Shown here one piece after another: positions 38,665 to 50,560 of a stretch of DNA of 64,000 bases; the first letter of the stretch is position 1; every line of letters begins with the position of its first letter. The stretch covers positions 226,426,001 to 226,490,000 of the forward strand of contig NC_086097.1 of NCBI RefSeq assembly GCF_963921235.1. The letters run 5' to 3'. A model generated the notes under the pieces. That model was not told the DNA's origin. It made no database searches and saw only the letters and a program-made list of their open reading frames with translations. The position numbers were made by a program, and so were the translations under genes. The stretch comes from Mobula hypostoma (Eukaryota).

Positions 38665-38877
38665 GTACCTCTTCCTAGAGATGCTGCCTGGCCTGCTGCG
38701 TTCACCAGCAACTTTGATGTGTGTTGCTTGAATTTCCAGCATCTGCAGAATTCCTGTTGTTTCAGTACTCTGTTGATAGTGACCTTAAAAACACCATAGA
38801 TCCCAATAGACACTCCCTTCTTGGCTACTGGGAATCACAGACATTGACCATGGGCTTCGCTCAACCCCGGAAAGAAT

Positions 38878-40325
38878 TCATAGAAACACAGAAAAGCAAC
38901 AGCACAATACAGTCCCTTCAGCCCACAATGCTGTGCTGAACATGTACTTACTTTAGAAATTACCTGGGGTTACCCATAGCCCTCTAATTTTCTAAGCTCC
39001 ATGTACCTATCCAGGAGTCTCTTAAAAGACCCCATTGCATCTGCCTCCACCATTGATGCCAGCAGCCCATTCCTCGCACTCTCTGCATGAAAAACTTACC
39101 CCCGATATCCCCTCTGTACCTACTTCCAAGGACCTTAAAACTGTACCTGTCATGTTAGCCGTTTCAGCCCTGAGAAAAAGCTTCTGACTATCCACATGAT
39201 CAATGCACTTATACACTTATCATGCATCATCTTATACACTTCTATCAGGTCACCTCTCATCCTCCACCACTCTAAGGAGAAAAGGCCGAGTTCACTCAGA
39301 CTATTCTCATAAGACATGCTCCCCAATCCAGGCAACATCCTTGTAAATCTCCTCTGCACCCTTTCTATAGTTTCAACATCCTTCCTGTAGTGACGTGACC
39401 AGAACTGAGCACAGTACTCTAAGTGGGGTCTGACCAGGGTCCTATATAGCTGCAACATTACCTCTCAGCTCTTAAACTCAATCCCACAGTTGATGAAGGC
39501 CAATGCACCGTAGCCTTCTTAACCACAGCGTCAACCTGCGCAGCTACTTTGAGCATCCTATGGACTCAGACCTCAAGATCCCTCTGATCCTCCACACTGC
39601 CAAGAGTCTTACCACTAATACTATATTCTGCCATCATATTTGACCTACCAAATTGAACCACCTCACACTTATCTGGGTTGAGCTCCATCTGCCACTTCTC
39701 AGCCCAGTTTTGCATCCTATCGATATCCCACTGTAACCTCTGACAGCCCTACACACTATCCACAACACCCCCAACTTTTGTGTGAACAGCAAATTTACTA
39801 ACCCATCCCTCCACTTCCTTATCCAGGTCACTTATAAAAATCACGAAGAGAAGTGGTCCCAGAACAGATCCCTGAGGCACACCACTGGTCACTGACCTCC
39901 ATGCAGAATATGACCCATCGACAACCACTCTTTGCCTTCTGTGGGCTAGCCATTTCTAGATCCACAAAGCAAGGTGCCCTTGGATCCCATGCCTCCTTAC
40001 TTTTTCAATAAGCCTTGCATGGGGCACCTTTTCAAATGCCTTGCTGAAATCCATATACACTACATCTACTACTTTTACCTTCATCGATGTGTTTAGTCAC
40101 ATCCTCAAAAAATTCAATCAGGTTCGTAAGGCATGACCTGCCTTTGACAAAGCCATGCTGACTATTCCTAATCATATTATGCCTCTCCAAATGATCATAA
40201 ATCCTGCCTCTCAGGATCTTCTCCATCAAATTAACAACCACTGAAGTAAGACTCACCAGTCTATAATTTCCTGGGCTATCTCTACTCCCATTCTTGAATA
40301 AGGAAACAACATCTGCAACCCTCCA
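38878..40325 (-). mobile_element. CR1-type LINE nested in the Gypsy element
   Basis: 'GNYRLVSLTSVV...SQHGFVKGRSCLTNLIEFFEDV', 'YRTLVRPHLEYCAQFWS'. Confidence 0.9.
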
Positions 40326-40505
40326 GTTTATCTGCACCTAGTACTCACTGTTTATGAACCCATGGCCATACTCATTGATTATTAATTTCACCCATTTTCT
40401 GTTTTTTTTTACTTGAACTTCCCTCTCCCCTTCCAAAGAAAAATATACTGCCTTCAATAGGTAGGTGGCTATCTTGGGTTCTTGTTAAAATTTCCTTGTC
40501 ACCGC

Positions 40506-40742
40506 TATTATGTTTTGTTATTCCAGAAACTAATCAAAAGAAAAACACAGGAGCTGGGTTGGTGTCTACTTAGTTTCTTCTCTCTCTCTTTTTTTCTAGT
40601 GATGCACCCACATACAATGTGGTTGTGTATTCTGAAACTTCTTACATATAAACCATAATGAATTATGTAAACAAAGAATGCTTACTCAACCAATATATTT
40701 ACAATATTACTCAAATATTACTGAAATATTGAATACATTACA
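40506..40742 (-). repeat. 5' LTR of Gypsy element
   Basis: Aligns with 34904-35137; followed on - strand by degenerate PBS-like gcggtgacaagg. Confidence 0.85.
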
Positions 40743-40784
40743 GCATCTATCTGCAATTTTTCATCACTTCTCAACATCATAAAA

Positions 40785-41175
40785 GTTCAATGTTCAAAGT
40801 AAATTTATTATCAAACTAGATGTACTGTATGTCAGCAAATACTACCTTGAAATTGATTTTCTTGCAGGCATTCACAATAGAAAAAAAGAAATACAATAGA
40901 ATCAATGAAAAACCACACACAAAGACTAACAACCGATCAATGTGAAAAAGAAGAAACTGTGCAAATACAAAAGTAAATAAATATTACTGAGGACATGAGT
41001 TTTAGAGTCCTTGAAAGGAGCCACAGGTTGTAGAATTAGTTCAGTGTTGAGGTTATTCACACTGGTATAGGAGCCGGATGGTCGAAGGATAATAAATGTT
41101 CTTGAACCTGGTGGTGTGGGTCCTAAGATTCCTGTACTTCCTTCTTGCTGGCAGCGGCAAGAAAAGAGCATGGTC
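40785..41175 (-). mobile_element. Rex1-type LINE 3' end
   Basis: 'YRNLRTHTTRFKNIYYPSTIRLL'; tail aaagttcaa...aaagtaaatttattatcaaa. Confidence 0.7.
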
Positions 41176-41759
41176 AGAAAAGAACCTTTGGCTGACAAAA
41201 ATAAGATAATTAGTTCCGGTTATGGTTCCAGAGATAATAAAACAGTCCATATTCAAGCACAGCAAGTTCTGAATAGACCCAGTAAGTGTTATTGGATCTA
41301 TCCAGTCCATACAGGTCCATACAAGTGACTTGCACTGGGCTTTTCCAGCAAGGGAGACCATAACTACAAGCCATGAACTACAGCTGCATTACCACCACCA
41401 TGCTGGTAATCACATTTGGCTCAAAAATTGGATCACTAGGACACAAGAATCTAAATGATTAAATTATGTGAGTATACGATGTGAATCAGAATTAGACTTA
41501 TTGAATGTATAAAGCTACTGGCCAATTTAAAGTAAGTAAATTATTTCACCTGAAAGGAGAATTCGGATTAAGAAAACACAACTGGCAAGACAATTCACAA
41601 AGAAAATAAGGAAATAATTTTTATCAAAATGCAAGTCGAAATATGGAAAACTTTCTGTTCCAGAAGATGTAAAATAGTTTAATTTTATTAAGTAAGATTA
41701 TGAGGGGATTATGATAAAATTATTGAAATAGCAAGGAGTTATGTTATGAAAACATAAAT

Positions 41760-42270
41760 ATCCTATACCCTCTTGTTCCCATCCTCAACAAACATCCCTC
41801 CAACCTGACAGCATGAGCATTAATTTTTCTCAATTCTGGTAAATTCCCACTCCCCCTTCCCCCTTCTTCAATTCACCATTTCGGCTTCCTTCTTGCTACG
41901 TCTCTTTTCCTCCCCTGCCTATCACCTCCACCTGGTTTCCCTCCACCTTCTTTTTCTTCATGGTTAACTCTTCTCTCCTATCAGATTCCTTCTGCCGTGG
42001 CCCTTTACCTTTTCTACCTATCACCTCCCAGCTTCTTACTTCATTCCCCACTCTTCCACCCACCTGGCTTCACCTCGTTCCTTCAAGCTTGTACTACTCC
42101 CTTCACCCCTCCTTCTTATTCTGGCTTCTTCTTCTTTCCTTTCCAGACCTGATGAAGGGTTACGGCCTGAAACACTGACTATTTAATCATTTCCATAGAT
42201 GCTGCCTGTCTTGCCAGTTACTCCCGCATTTTGCACATGTTACCAACATCTGCAAAATCTCTTGTGACTT
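41760..42270 (+). mobile_element. older Penelope-type 3' fragment with degenerate hammerhead core
   Basis: Pyrimidine-rich body, then CTGATGA-AGG(gttacgg)CCT-GAAA-cact-gact at ~42149-42180 and 'agatgctgcctg'. Confidence 0.65.
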
Positions 42271-43409
42271 TTAGACTTTCCTCTGTTATGTTTGCCAGGT
42301 TATTCTCCTGAGCACAACCAAGTCTCATATTTATCTGCCAAAAGTTGTGACAATTCCTTCTCCTAATTGCAAAATATTGTACATTCAATGGATTTGGAAA
42401 GTTATAGCATTTATATTTTAAAGGTTGTAGAGTTTATTTACTACCATCCTATTCCTGCACTTAAAAATGATTGGTTCTATACAACTGCAGTGACAATATT
42501 TATAACAATTTCAGCAAGTATCCATAAACCAATACAATGAATTAGTTCCCACATGTAACACTGATCCTTACCTCACCATTGTTTCTCTTTATCCTTCCTC
42601 TTTCTCTGTTGTATGACACAGAGCATTAGATAATCAGAAATTTCCTTCAATGAAATATTGGAAAGGTCATTGTCATTGGACCCTGTCGCAAGCGATTTTC
42701 CCTACACATTGACTCCATTGTTCTTCCATTAACTGCAAGGTCATAAACTATAGGATTCTCTTGCTAAGCCTTTCCATCTCTCTGTCCCTCTTTCTTCCTG
42801 TAAGGCTCCTTTTTAAACCTATTTCCTAAACAAAGTTTTTGGTCTTCTGCCTTGATCCTCTCTACTTGATATGGTGTCAATTTTTTTTAACAATGCTGCT
42901 GGGATGTGCCTTGTTATGCTTCATTCTCATTAAAAGCTTTGAGTAAATGCAAGTTCTTAGCGTTCCTTTCAGTACCTGAGTTTATCATTTATCGAGTGTA
43001 TATATACGTGATTCAGAGTGATATTGTCTTCTGACATGTGGAGCAAGATGAAAAATACAGGTATCTCTTCAGGAATGTTATGACATAAGAAATATAAGCT
43101 GGTTTTTCATTCCCATCAGAAATTTTGTAAGACCATGATTAATCTTCTATCCAATATTCCACAATTCCTTTAAATGTCCAAAAATAATTGCGACTGGAGA
43201 ACCCAAAGCCAACTGTTGGAGGGTGTCAGCAGGCCAGGCAGCATCTGTGGAGAGGAATAAACAGCTAATACTTCAGGTCAAGATCTTTCATCTGCAAATC
43301 TATTTCTGCCTTAAATTTACCAAATGACTGAACATCCACAACCTCTTGACTACAAAGTTCCAAAGACTCATTACCCACTGGGTGAAGGGATTTTTTTGTA
43401 TATCTTTTG

Positions 43410-43840
43410 TGAGGAGCATTTGAGGCTCTGGGCCTGTAACTGCTGGAGTTTAGAAGAGTGAAAGGGGATGACATTGAAGTCTAATGCATATTGAAAGGCC
43501 TACGCGGAGTGGAAGTGGAGAGCATGTTTTCCCCAATGGGGTAGTCTAGGATAAGAGGGAACAGCTTCAGGATACAAGGGCATCCCTTCAGAACTGAAAT
43601 GAGGAGGAGTTTCTTTAGCTAGATGATGATGAATCTGTGGAATTGCCACAGGCAGCTGAGGAGGACAAACCATTGGTATATGTAAAGTGGAGGTTGATAT
43701 GTTCTTGATTAGTAAGGGTGTCTAAGGTTACTGGGAGAAGGCAAGAGAATGGTATTGAGAGGGATAATAAATCAGCTATGATGGAATGGCTGAGCAGACT
43801 CATTGGGCTGCTATATCTTATTGTCTTATAGTCTTATGAT
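43410..43840 (+). mobile_element. CR1 3' fragment
   Basis: 'gaatctgtggaattgccacaggcagctg', 'ggaatggctgagcagactcattgggc', (tcttatg)-type tail. Confidence 0.75.
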
Positions 43841-44044
43841 CACCTTTGATTCTTTATAAGCCAAGTGAGTATAGGGCAAGTCGGGTTAACCTATTCTCAC
43901 AAGACCAGCCTCCAATCCCAAGAATCAATTGCTGATCCTCCATTGGAGTCCATCTATCTCAAGTATATCACTGGACACCAAAGGCCCTGCTCTGTGCTGT
44001 AATGGCCTACCGTATGCTCTTTTGTTCCTGAGTGTTGGTGCTGG

Positions 44045-44431
44045 AAAGCAGCCTGCACCCATCATCAGGGGCCCCCACCACCCAGGTCATACTCTTTCTC
44101 GCTGCTCTCATCAGGACATTGAACCAAAAGGGATAACTTCACTTGACCCATCATTGAAATGCTCCCACAATCTATGGACTCATTTTCAAGGACTCCTCAT
44201 CTCATGTTCTCGATATTTATTGCTCATTTATTATTATTATTATTATTGTTGTTGTATTTGCACGGTTTGTTGTCTTTTGTACACTGGTTGCACGCCCAGT
44301 TAGTGTGATCTTTCACTGATTCTATTATGGTTATTGGATTTATTGAGTATACCCGCAAGAAAATAAATCTCAGGGTTGTATGTGGTGACATATATGTATT
44401 TTGATAATAAATTTAATTTGAAATTTGAACT
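44045..44431 (+). mobile_element. Rex1-type LINE 3' end
   Basis: 3'UTR matches 34380-34657 (aatctatggactcattttcaaggactc...aatctcagggttgtatgtggtgacat). Confidence 0.75.
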
Positions 44432-44864
44432 AGGGAAACAAGGCCTGTACAAAATATCCCAGGTACAATTTCATCAAGAATCTGTGTAACTACAGTAGCA
44501 AATCTTTACTCTTATACATAAATCCTTTTGCAATAAAGGGCAGAATATTGTTTGCCTTTTTAAGTGGTTAATGCACCCATATGCTAATGCTCAGTGATTG
44601 TTGTAAAAAGTATTGAGGTCCCTCTGAAAATATCTTTGTTTGATGATGCACTTGTTTAAAGAATGTCACCGCTTACCTATTTTTGTTATCAAACTAGATG
44701 GCTTGCATATTTCCTCATTATATTTAATCTGTTATTCATTTATTCCATATATATATCCTTTTCTGCATCCTCTTTACAACTTACATTGCCACCTGGATGA
44801 CTGTCATCATAAAAATTTGGAACCACTAATGTAGTTTGTGAACTGCTAGGACCCGAACACCAAT

Positions 44865-45560
44865 CAAAGATTCAAAGATTCAAAGCACATCTATTATCAA
44901 AAAATATGTAAGTTATACACCTTGAAATTTGCCTGCTTACAGGCAGCCGCAAAGAAAGAAACTCAAATAACCCAATTTTTAAAAAGACCAAAAACCACTG
45001 CGCAGATAAAGAGAGGAAAAAAACACATCCTGCAAACAATAGAAGCAAGCCAACAGCATCCCAAAGCAGACTGAGTCCCAGATCTGCTCCCAGAGTAGGC
45101 CCAAACCAAGCCTCGGACCCCAGATTTCATACTGGGGGGGCGGGGGCAGAAACGCACAGCAGCTGGATTAGTTCACAGTCGCAGAGAAAGGGATGATCAT
45201 CACAGAAGAGCGAGCGAAATCAGCCCGACCCTTGCCTCTGTACCCGACACTTGGGCTTCCAGTCTATCTGGGCCGACATTTAAATTGTATAAGCACTGTC
45301 TAGTGCCATGTTCTAGGACCTGGATCCAGGCTCCCCAGTACACCGGGGCCACTCCGCTCAAAGCCATTCTTGATCACACCAAACCGGATTGGCACTTGGA
45401 TCAATCCAACCTCACACCCAGATTAAGTGGACGGGCATCAAAACTCTTGCGCCAACTTCTCTCCAAATCGCTCACTCCATCTCCGGTAGCGATATGAACT
45501 CCGCCTGCATACCCGGTGGCTCAGGCACGTTGCACTTCCCCAGCACGGTTCATCCCCTGA
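44865..45560 (-). mobile_element. unclassified non-autonomous element with LINE-like tail
   Basis: (caaagatt)n tail plus 'ttatcaaa...caccttgaaatt...cttacaggca' similar to the tail at 40785-40870; GC-rich non-coding body. Confidence 0.45.
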
Positions 45561-45984
45561 ACCAGCCTTGCTCTGCCTGCCTCCCCATTGTCTGCAGTGA
45601 TAGTTCACCACAATTTGCATCATGGGAGATGTAATAAGTAATGTTTTTAGTCAATTCTCCTGCCTTATGATTTCCCAGCAAGCTGTCACACATCTTCAGC
45701 AGCACCATCTTAAACCGGGGAAAAAAATTGGTTAATTGTTGTCTCCAAACTGAAGGTGATCCATAATGAAATCAAATTTGATTATGGTTTGGTGATGATA
45801 TTGAGCCTCTGACTTTAGGCAAGAAGCAGAATTTTAAAATAATGATTTCAGTTTTATATCACACATCTTACCTGCAAATATATCATTCATATTTCTAACT
45901 TGTGTTGTTGTGTAATCTGTTTTAAAGTAGTATTTTATATTAGTGCTACAAGTAGAACCATAATTCTGCTTGCAGAATGCTGGG

Positions 45985-46412
45985 GGTTCAAGATTCTATG
46001 GAATGTAAAAGATTGACGGGAGGTTTGACCAAGGTGTACAAAGATTATGAGGGGTACAGATATGGAAAATGCAAGCAGGCTTTTTCCACTGAGGTTGGGT
46101 GGCACTACAGCTAAAGAGCATGGGTTAAGGGTGAAAGGTGAGAAGTTTAAAGGGAACATGAGGGGAGGATTCTTCACTCCGAGGGACACGAGATTGTGGA
46201 ACGAGCTGCCAGCAGAAGTGGTGCATGTGAGCTCAATTTCAATGTTTAAAAGAAGTTTGGATAGGTACATGGATGGCAGAGCTATAGAGGGCTATGGGCC
46301 CGGGGCAGGTCAGTGGGAGTAGCAGTGTAAATGATTTGGAAGACTGGATGGACTGACGGGCTTCTGTGAAGTGCTTATGTTTCTGTGCTGTATTTTTCTA
46401 TGACTCTGTGAC
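45985..46412 (+). mobile_element. CR1 3' fragment
   Basis: 'RLFPLRLGGTTAKEHGLRVKGEKFKGNMRGGFFT...LWNELPAEVV'. Confidence 0.8.
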
Positions 46413-46724
46413 CCTAGAATAAATATACTGTATCTACCAGTAAAATTCTGATTAATAACTCCGTTCACAAGAGTTGCTATAACTTACCTTTGTCTCCAAT
46501 ACTGGTGAATTACCAAGGTCAGCTTCAGTCTTACCAAAATTTCTTCATATTTTATTATTGCTCTTCTACAACCAAGCACAATAAAAAGATTAATGAACAT
46601 ATAAATACAGCGTGTGAATTAGGATCACACCCCAAAGGCAGAGTCTTATGGAAGTATTGACACTTGTATCCTGGATTAACCACATGCATCTAATGGTTAA
46701 TGTTTTGAACAGCAATCGTCTAAA

Positions 46725-47265
46725 TCTAGAATCGGAATTTATTATCACTGTATACAGTATATGATGTGAAATTTGTTGTTTTGTGGCAACAGTATAGAGC
46801 AAAAATATCAAATTGCAATAAATTACAAAATATTGTATTTACAAAATTACAGTACTGAAAAAGGAATAATAAGATAGTGTTCATGGGTTCACGGACTGTT
46901 CAGAAATCTGAGGGCCAAGGGGAAGAAGCTGTTTCTGATTAGTTGAGTGTGCGTCTTCATCCTTCCTGATGGTAGTAACAAGAAGCCATGTCCAAGATGG
47001 TGAGGGTCTTTAGTGATGGATGTCACCTTCTTGAGGCACTGCTTCCTGAAGATGTCCTTGATGGTGAAGATGTCACGGACTGTTGTGCCCTAATGGAGTC
47101 AGCTGACTCAACAACCCTTTGCAATCTTTTGTGCTCCGTTGCATTGGAACCTCCATACCAGGCTATGTTGCAAGTAGGCTGAATACTCTCCACCATACAT
47201 CTATCGAAATGTGTGAGAGTCTTTGGTGACGTTTTAAATGTCTTCAATCTCTTAACAAAGTTGAG
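46725..47265 (-). mobile_element. Rex1-type LINE 3' fragment
   Basis: 'PKTLTHFDRCMVESI...IAWYGGSNATEHKRLQRVVESA'. Confidence 0.75.
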
Positions 47266-47454
47266 CTGCAGCTCTCTACCGTAATATAAAATACTGGAAT
47301 AATCAGTCGATCATGACCTGAGATAAGTATTTGGAGAGAGAAACAGGGTTAATACTTTATATAGATGACCTTTCATTAGCTAACAATAGAAACAACATAA
47401 CAACAATTTAATTTTTGTTCAGTGTTTCAGACATACTTAAGATATTATAAACTA

Positions 47455-47998
47455 CACTCCGTGGCCACTTTGTTAGTTGTGGAGTGGAATCTAGTGTGGT
47501 CTTCTGTTGCTGCAGACCATCCATTTCGAGGTTTGACATCTTGGACATTCGGAGATGTCATTCTGCACACCACTTGTAATGCATGGGTATCCGAATTACC
47601 ATTGCCTTCCTGTCAGCTTGAACCAGCCTGGCCATTCTCCTCTGACTTCTCACATTAACAAGTCATTTTTGCACACAGAATTGCCACTCACCCACTGGAT
47701 GTGTTTTTTTCAGTTTTTTTTGCATGATTCTCTGTAAAGGTGTGCACGAAAATCCCAGGAGATCGGTAGTTTCTAAGATACTCATACTAACTCATTTGGC
47801 ACCAACCATCATTCTACAGTTAAATTCATTTAAATCCCATTTCTTTTCCATTCTGATATTTAGTCTGAACAACAACTGAACCTATTGATGATGTCTGCAT
47901 GCTTTTATGCATTGAGTTGCTGCCACAAGAGTGAGTGATTAGATACTTGTGTTAATGAGCAGGTGTACAGGTGTACCTAATAAAGTGGCCACTGAATG
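47455..47998 (-). mobile_element. Tc1/mariner non-autonomous element
   Basis: TIRs cactccgtggccacttt / aaagtggccactgaatg flanked by TA on both sides; internal decayed transposase N-terminus on - strand. Confidence 0.85.
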
Positions 47999-49072
47999 TA
48001 TATTATAAAATATTTTATGTACCATATGTAATGAGAGCTTTCAGGTTCTGTAGCTGGGAAAAAAAACAATGCTGATGATTTCTCTTCACTAATTTTGGTT
48101 TGGCTAGGGTCCAGGTCTGGGTTGTTAAGTTGTAGCTAGTTATGAAACACATGGCATCAAAAGGGAGGAAACCTTTTCACATGACTCTAACATTCAATGG
48201 CAGAAGTTTTGCTGTCAATTTTCTGGTGATCACCACGAACCAGAAATACAACTAGAATAACTACACAAACGCTGTGACTAATGGATGGGTCAGATGTTGG
48301 GTGTTCTGCAGTAAATGGCCTGATTCTTGATTCTCAGGGGCTCCTACCTTCTAGAATGCACATCTGGAGAGAAATGGTTTGTTCAGATGACCGCTGGAGT
48401 AACAACAGTCCAGTTCTTCAGTTCTATCACTCTTTCACTATCTGTAAAGCTTTTCACTTTAGCAGTATCTCATCCATAAATGTACACTTCTATCTCGGGC
48501 TACAGTATGTCCTATTTCAAGACTACACTACAATATCTCAAATGGTACTTTCCAAACCTGCTACTTCCATGACTTAAAAGGGCAAAGACAACAACTATTC
48601 CCTTAAAGTTTTCCTCCAATTGATACACTATCTTTGCTTGGCATTTCACCGTTCCTTCAGTTTGGTTGGCTCCAAATTGAGAATGTCCTTATCTGACCGC
48701 CTTCTGGGACGAACTTCACAGCACAGGACAGGGGTCTTCCACAACACGCTACCATCTTCTCACGGTAACATGAAAGGAGAACAAAAAGAAACCTTACCAG
48801 ATATTCGTAGCCTAAATGTGGTAAATGCAACTGTGGATACAAATTTGATTCGTGAAATAACTGTTAAAATAACTATTCATCCATTGCTGTAGAGCAGAAC
48901 ATCATTGCAGGTTGTATAAAATAATAACAAATATTTACAGACGTGAAAACCAGTCTGAAGCTAAAATGGTGCACAGGTGTTGCATTTATGTGATTTCTTG
49001 AACACTGTGGCTTGGATTACAATCTGTGTTCTGCAGTTGCAGCAAGTTCCTGGCTGGATTTGCAGGTTGATA

Positions 49073-49177
49073 CTTCACTCAGCGCAGAACTCGTGCCTTG
49101 ATGGTTCCCTTGGCAGCGGTGACTGACCTATGTGTCAGTGGTTGATGCCAAGGGAACTATCAAAGCAATTAGTGAAG
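49073..49177 (+). other. long hairpin (pre-miRNA-like or ancient palindromic element)
   Basis: 49094-49127 pairs with 49134-49167 (34 positions, 3 mismatches, 4 G-U), 6-nt loop; outer cttcact/agtgaag. Confidence 0.55.
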
Positions 49178-49259
49178 GGTGGCCTGAGAGGTGAGTTTGT
49201 GCAGGAAGGGGCAGTCTCTCCTCAAGCTTCCGGTAGCTCTGCCTGGATGGAAGGGGGAA

Positions 49260-50560
49260 CAATACAGGGAGAGAGAGCATTGTAAGACAGAGAGATTGAA
49301 ACCAAGTCAAGGGAAAAGATATGACTGAGGGAGCTACCTAAAGAAATGTTGTGGGGGGGGGAGGTGAAGGTAAGGGGAGAAATGCAGAGAGAACGTGAGC
49401 AAATGCTCGAAGAAAATTATAATAAGAGAGAAAGAAAATTGCCAATTTACTTTTACGGTGAAAGAGAAAGTGAGTGCAGTGTAAAGATGGGTAAGATTCA
49501 TGAAGCAAAAAAAATAATGGAACCACAAAAATGCAGTGAGAAGCTAAGAGCAAACATAGAGGAAAATAGAAAGATGATGACAGAATAGGCAGAAAAATGG
49601 GAAAATGAAAAAAAATACACAAAAGAGAAATGCATGCGTCTGAGTGTTGTGCGGCTGTTGGGGGGGGGGTGGGGAAGAACCAATAAAGGAGGTGAGAATA
49701 TGGAAGTTGAAAGACGGGAATTACAAATGGAGAGATAGAGAAACTGCAGAAATGATCAGTATGCTGGGAAAGTTTATGATAATGCATAACCAAAAAAAAT
49801 GAGCACATACAGAAAGACATGATAAAATACAGACAGCCAGAAAAGATGAAGAATATAGACAAAAAGAATGGGGAAAAGCCAATGGGGAAGATCAGCACAT
49901 GAGAGAGAGAAAAAAATAAAAGTAAAAGACAACTGGAACAGAAACTAAATGCTTAACAAGAAAGGCAAATTGGTGATTCAAAGGAGGGAAAGAGAAAGTG
50001 TAAATAATGCTGAGGTGGGAGGGGAATTCAATATTGGCAAAAAGATGGTATGAATACTCCAGGTGGTGGAATTAATACTTCATGGGGGAGAGGGGGAAGA
50101 ACATGAATACAAAAATAATACAAAATAAGGAAAAGAGTTGGAGAAAGAAGATGTAGAAAGATGAAGGAAACATCAAAAGATAGCGAAAATCGTCTGACGG
50201 TATAGAGGAAGTTCGAGGTTCTAAACTGGGGAAAATTGAAAATTACTATAAGTAGAGGAGAGATTTAAAAATACATAAAGATGTGCGAAGAGCAATATTG
50301 TAGTAAAATGTGATTAGCAGGTAAGGAAGAATGAAACCTGAGGGGGGAAATAAACTGTTTTTTAAAAAAAATTAGAAGACGCAAGGAAAGCTAACGGAAA
50401 GCGAATGAAATAAGAGTCCGGGAGAAGGAAGAAGAATATGAAAGAGTGTCAGAATGAAAAAAGAGAGGAGGTGGACAAAAAGGGAGACTGCTGGTTAAAA
50501 CCCGCGCACACAAAAGATTGAGAAAAAGGGAAAGGCGAGAGTGAGAAAGATCAGAGAGGC
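49260..50560 (+). repeat. purine-rich (A/G) low-complexity tract
   Basis: Visibly depleted of C and T on the + strand for ~1.3 kb. Confidence 0.7.

Larger units (their letters stand above)
38452..38760. mobile_element. palindromic Penelope-type element with two opposite-strand hammerhead cores
   Basis: 98-bp inverted arms 38452-38549 / 38628-38725 (2 mismatches), 78-nt spacer, 35-nt tail; 14-bp TSD ttcagtactctgtt at 38438-38451 and 38761-38774. Confidence 0.85.
34904..40742 (-). mobile_element. decayed Gypsy/Ty3 LTR retrotransposon with both LTRs
   Basis: Direct repeats 34904-35137 and 40506-40742; integrase 'HPWEWPTLPWQRIHVDFAGPF...WPEVFP...YHPATNG' (36285..36746); RNase H/RT remnants at 37000-38450; PPT agagaggag before TGTA; flanks tcatc/gcatc. 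Confidence 0.9.

Noticed and set aside
49338..49898. 186-aa hydrophobic Phe-rich ORF resembling a membrane protein
   Set aside because: By-product of the pyrimidine-rich - strand of the purine tract; no domain features
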